This document shows positions 39,785 to 41,765 of a DNA stretch of 41,765 nucleotides, one piece after another (positions within the stretch are counted from its first letter, which is position 1; each line of letters starts with the position of its first letter). The notes below the pieces were generated by a model. It searched no databases, was not told the DNA's origin, and was given only the letters and a program-made list of their open reading frames with translations. A program made the position numbers and the translations under genes. This DNA comes from Candidatus Cellulosilyticum pullistercoris (GTDB taxonomy: Bacteria; Bacillota; Clostridia; Lachnospirales; Cellulosilyticaceae), in the NCBI GenBank assembly GCA_018883705.1, contig JAHLFQ010000022.1:1-41765 (forward strand), read 5' to 3'.

Positions 39785-41765
39785 ATGGAATAGGCCACTT
39801 ATACATGTAGTAATGGGATGGATAATAGGCATAGTTGGGGGAACTATATTTCTACAACAGAAATATAGTTCTCTTTTTTATATAGCCATAGTTACTTTCA
39901 TGATGATAGTGGGTTATGGTTTTTATTATGGTCTTCAAAATATGCTTATAATAATAGTTTGTATTGTGCTAAGTATAAGTGTTTTCTTATATGCACCCAT
40001 TCATTTAGAATCTCATTTAATTCAGCCCAATATACTATATGAGTTAGAAGGAGTTGTAAGTAAAGTAAGAGAAACAGATTATTACCAATGGGTGACCATT
40101 AAATCTGTTAGTTATAAAGAAGCTAATACAAAGTATGATTTAAAAAGTAATATACAATTGCGTATGAATAAAGAAGTTTTGTTTACGCCTAACGATTATC
40201 TTAAAGTAAAAGCAGAGCGCCTTATGGATGAACCTCAAATGAATCCAAGTGATTTTGATTATGTTACCTATTTAAAATCACAAAATGTTGTAGCTACATT
40301 TAAAGAGATAGAGTTAATGAGGTATGAGAAGAAGGACACACTTGATGAACGATTAAGAATGTTTTTGAATAAACAGCTGGAAATATTATATGTTAAAGAA
40401 AAAGTAGGCATTATGGAAGCAGCATTATTAGGCGATGATACACTACTTGATAAGCAAACAGAGTCTTTGTATAATTCATCTGGGATTGGCCATGTGTTGT
40501 GTATCTCTGGGTTTCATGTAAGTGTTATGGCAAGTTTATTAATGTTCCTACTATATCTGGTTCCCTTACCCTATAACTTCAGGTATTTATTGATTATAGG
40601 AGGGATATGGGGATATGCGTTTATTAGTGGTAATGGGCCTTCTACAATAAGGGCAAGTATCATGGCAAGTATTTTATACTTAGGACGTTGCTTATGGGAA
40701 GAAGAAGATGGACTTACAAGTCTAGCATTAGCAGCACTTCTTATTTTAATTGCATCACCTTATCAACTTTATCAAGCAGGGTTCCAGCTTTCTTTTGCAG
40801 CTGTATTGGGTATTTTTATTTGTTTAAATATAATAGAAGAAAAAGAAAGGACAGGAGATTGGCGATATGCTAAGTGGCAAAAGAATCTATTCATGTGGCT
40901 AAGTATACAACTATTAACATGGCCTATTTTGAGTTATCACTTTTTTGAAATCCCTTTTTTGATTAGCCTTATTAATCTAGTAGTTATCCCTATTTTTTCT
41001 TGGATTATTATAGGCGGATGGATGAGTCTTATCTTGCATGTGATGCACATACCTATTGCAGCTTTTATTGCTAGATGTCTTGAGAAAATATTGGGTACTA
41101 TAGAATATATCACAGGTCGGCTAATGGAGGTACCATTTTCCACATTATGTACTGGAAGACCTAATCTGATGCTCTTTATCCTTTATAGTGGAATGGTCTT
41201 TTTATTAGGAGCTTTTTGTTTTGGATACTTGAAGAAAAGCCAACTTTTAAAAGGGGTAATACTCATTGGATGTAGTTATCAATTAATGAATTTTCTTAGT
41301 ACATCCACTCTAAAAATAACTTTATTATATGTTGGGCAGGGAGATAGTACGGTGATTGAAACACCAGGTAAGCAGATACTTGTAGTAGATGGTGGAAATT
41401 TCGGGAAAGGACGGACTGTAGAACAGTATATAAAATATAGAGGGAAGAGAGAGGTTGAAGCTGTTTTTGTAAGTCACTCAGATGCAGATCATATTGGTGG
41501 GCTTATTGAACTATTAGATAGCAATATAGAAATAAATAAAGCTTTTATTTCTGCAGCAGATGATTCAGATTTACTTCAAAAATTTCTAAATTTATGTCGT
41601 TATAAAAATATACCAGTTTATGAGCTAAAGCAACAAGATACATTAGTATTAGGAGGATTAAGTATGACTTGCTTAGCACCTAAATCCTCTATTTCATTTG
41701 ATGATAGGAATAATAATTCTTTAGTATGTGAGTTAAGATACGGAAAATTTAGTGCATTATTTACA
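39762..41765 (+). CDS. comEC: DNA internalization competence protein ComEC/Rec2, 3'-truncated by the window; start uncertain (GTG 39762)
   Basis: Absent from the ORF track, consistent with no stop in the window. Manual translation gives NRPLI, MNPSDFDY, GIGHVLCISGFH, PSTIRA, GFQLSF, VGQGD, SHSDADHIGG and NNNSLV. Confidence 0.92.
   Translation, partial: MRKKCIHKWNRPLIHVVMGWIIGIVGGTIFLQQKYSSLFYIAIVTFMMIVGYGFYYGLQNMLIIIVCIVLSISVFLYAPIHLESHLIQPNILYELEGVVSKVRETDYYQWVTIKSVSYKEANTKYDLKSNIQLRMNKEVLFTPNDYLKVKAERLMDEPQMNPSDFDYVTYLKSQNVVATFKEIELMRYEKKDTLDERLRMFLNKQLEILYVKEKVGIMEAALLGDDTLLDKQTESLYNSSGIGHVLCISGFHVSVMASLLMFLLYLVPLPYNFRYLLIIGGIWGYAFISGNGPSTIRASIMASILYLGRCLWEEEDGLTSLALAALLILIASPYQLYQAGFQLSFAAVLGIFICLNIIEEKERTGDWRYAKWQKNLFMWLSIQLLTWPILSYHFFEIPFLISLINLVVIPIFSWIIIGGWMSLILHVMHIPIAAFIARCLEKILGTIEYITGRLMEVPFSTLCTGRPNLMLFILYSGMVFLLGAFCFGYLKKSQLLKGVILIGCSYQLMNFLSTSTLKITLLYVGQGDSTVIETPGKQILVVDGGNFGKGRTVEQYIKYRGKREVEAVFVSHSDADHIGGLIELLDSNIEINKAFISAADDSDLLQKFLNLCRYKNIPVYELKQQDTLVLGGLSMTCLAPKSSISFDDRNNNSLVCELRYGKFSALFT

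Noticed and set aside
40688-40873. 61-aa plus-strand ORF
   Set aside because: It is an alternate frame inside comEC.
37-41143. Many short ORFs in the track (e.g. 14695-15168, 19346-19720, 22200-22625, 29054-29359, 33142-33552)
   Set aside because: They are antisense or alternate-frame shadows of well-supported genes, with no recognisable motifs.
1-41765. CRISPR arrays, IS elements, prophage, tRNA/rRNA, selenocysteine recoding
   Set aside because: I saw no regularly spaced repeats, transposase/integrase/phage genes, tRNA/rRNA-like segments or TGA-interrupted ORFs, and intergenic gaps are all under about 300 nt.

Overview
This window is low-GC Firmicutes chromosome. Gene order suggests a spore-forming clostridial/Lachnospirales-type organism (inference only). 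All genes except one are on the + strand. In order: the end of a xanthine-dehydrogenase-family molybdoenzyme operon with a MocA-like gene; an accessory LysR / M20 amidohydrolase / MFS / FUSC block; serC-serA; a complete rnfCDGEAB operon; DUF4321-maf-radC-mreBCD-minCDE-rodA-mgsA; an orphan ORF; a TIGR03960/TIGR03936 radical-SAM pair and RNase E/G; L21 leader-rplU-prp-rpmA; obgE-yhbY; a nadD-yqeK fusion, a Ca/Na antiporter and rsfS; a D,D-carboxypeptidase on the - strand; and comEA-RR-HK-GerMN lipoprotein-comEC (truncated by the window end). I found no mobile elements, CRISPR arrays, tRNA or rRNA. Most of the window is core genome, and I see no unmistakable new system. The best leads are: (1) an MgsA homologue whose catalytic Asp is replaced by Ser, inside the division/elongation operon; (2) a two-component system plus GerMN lipoprotein placed between comEA and comEC; (3) a sigmaE-type promoter driving a short SpoIVFA-like remnant where spoIVFAB normally lies; (4) a LysR-controlled amidohydrolase/transporter module with a clear operator; (5) a perfect 30-bp inverted repeat centred on the rsfS stop codon.
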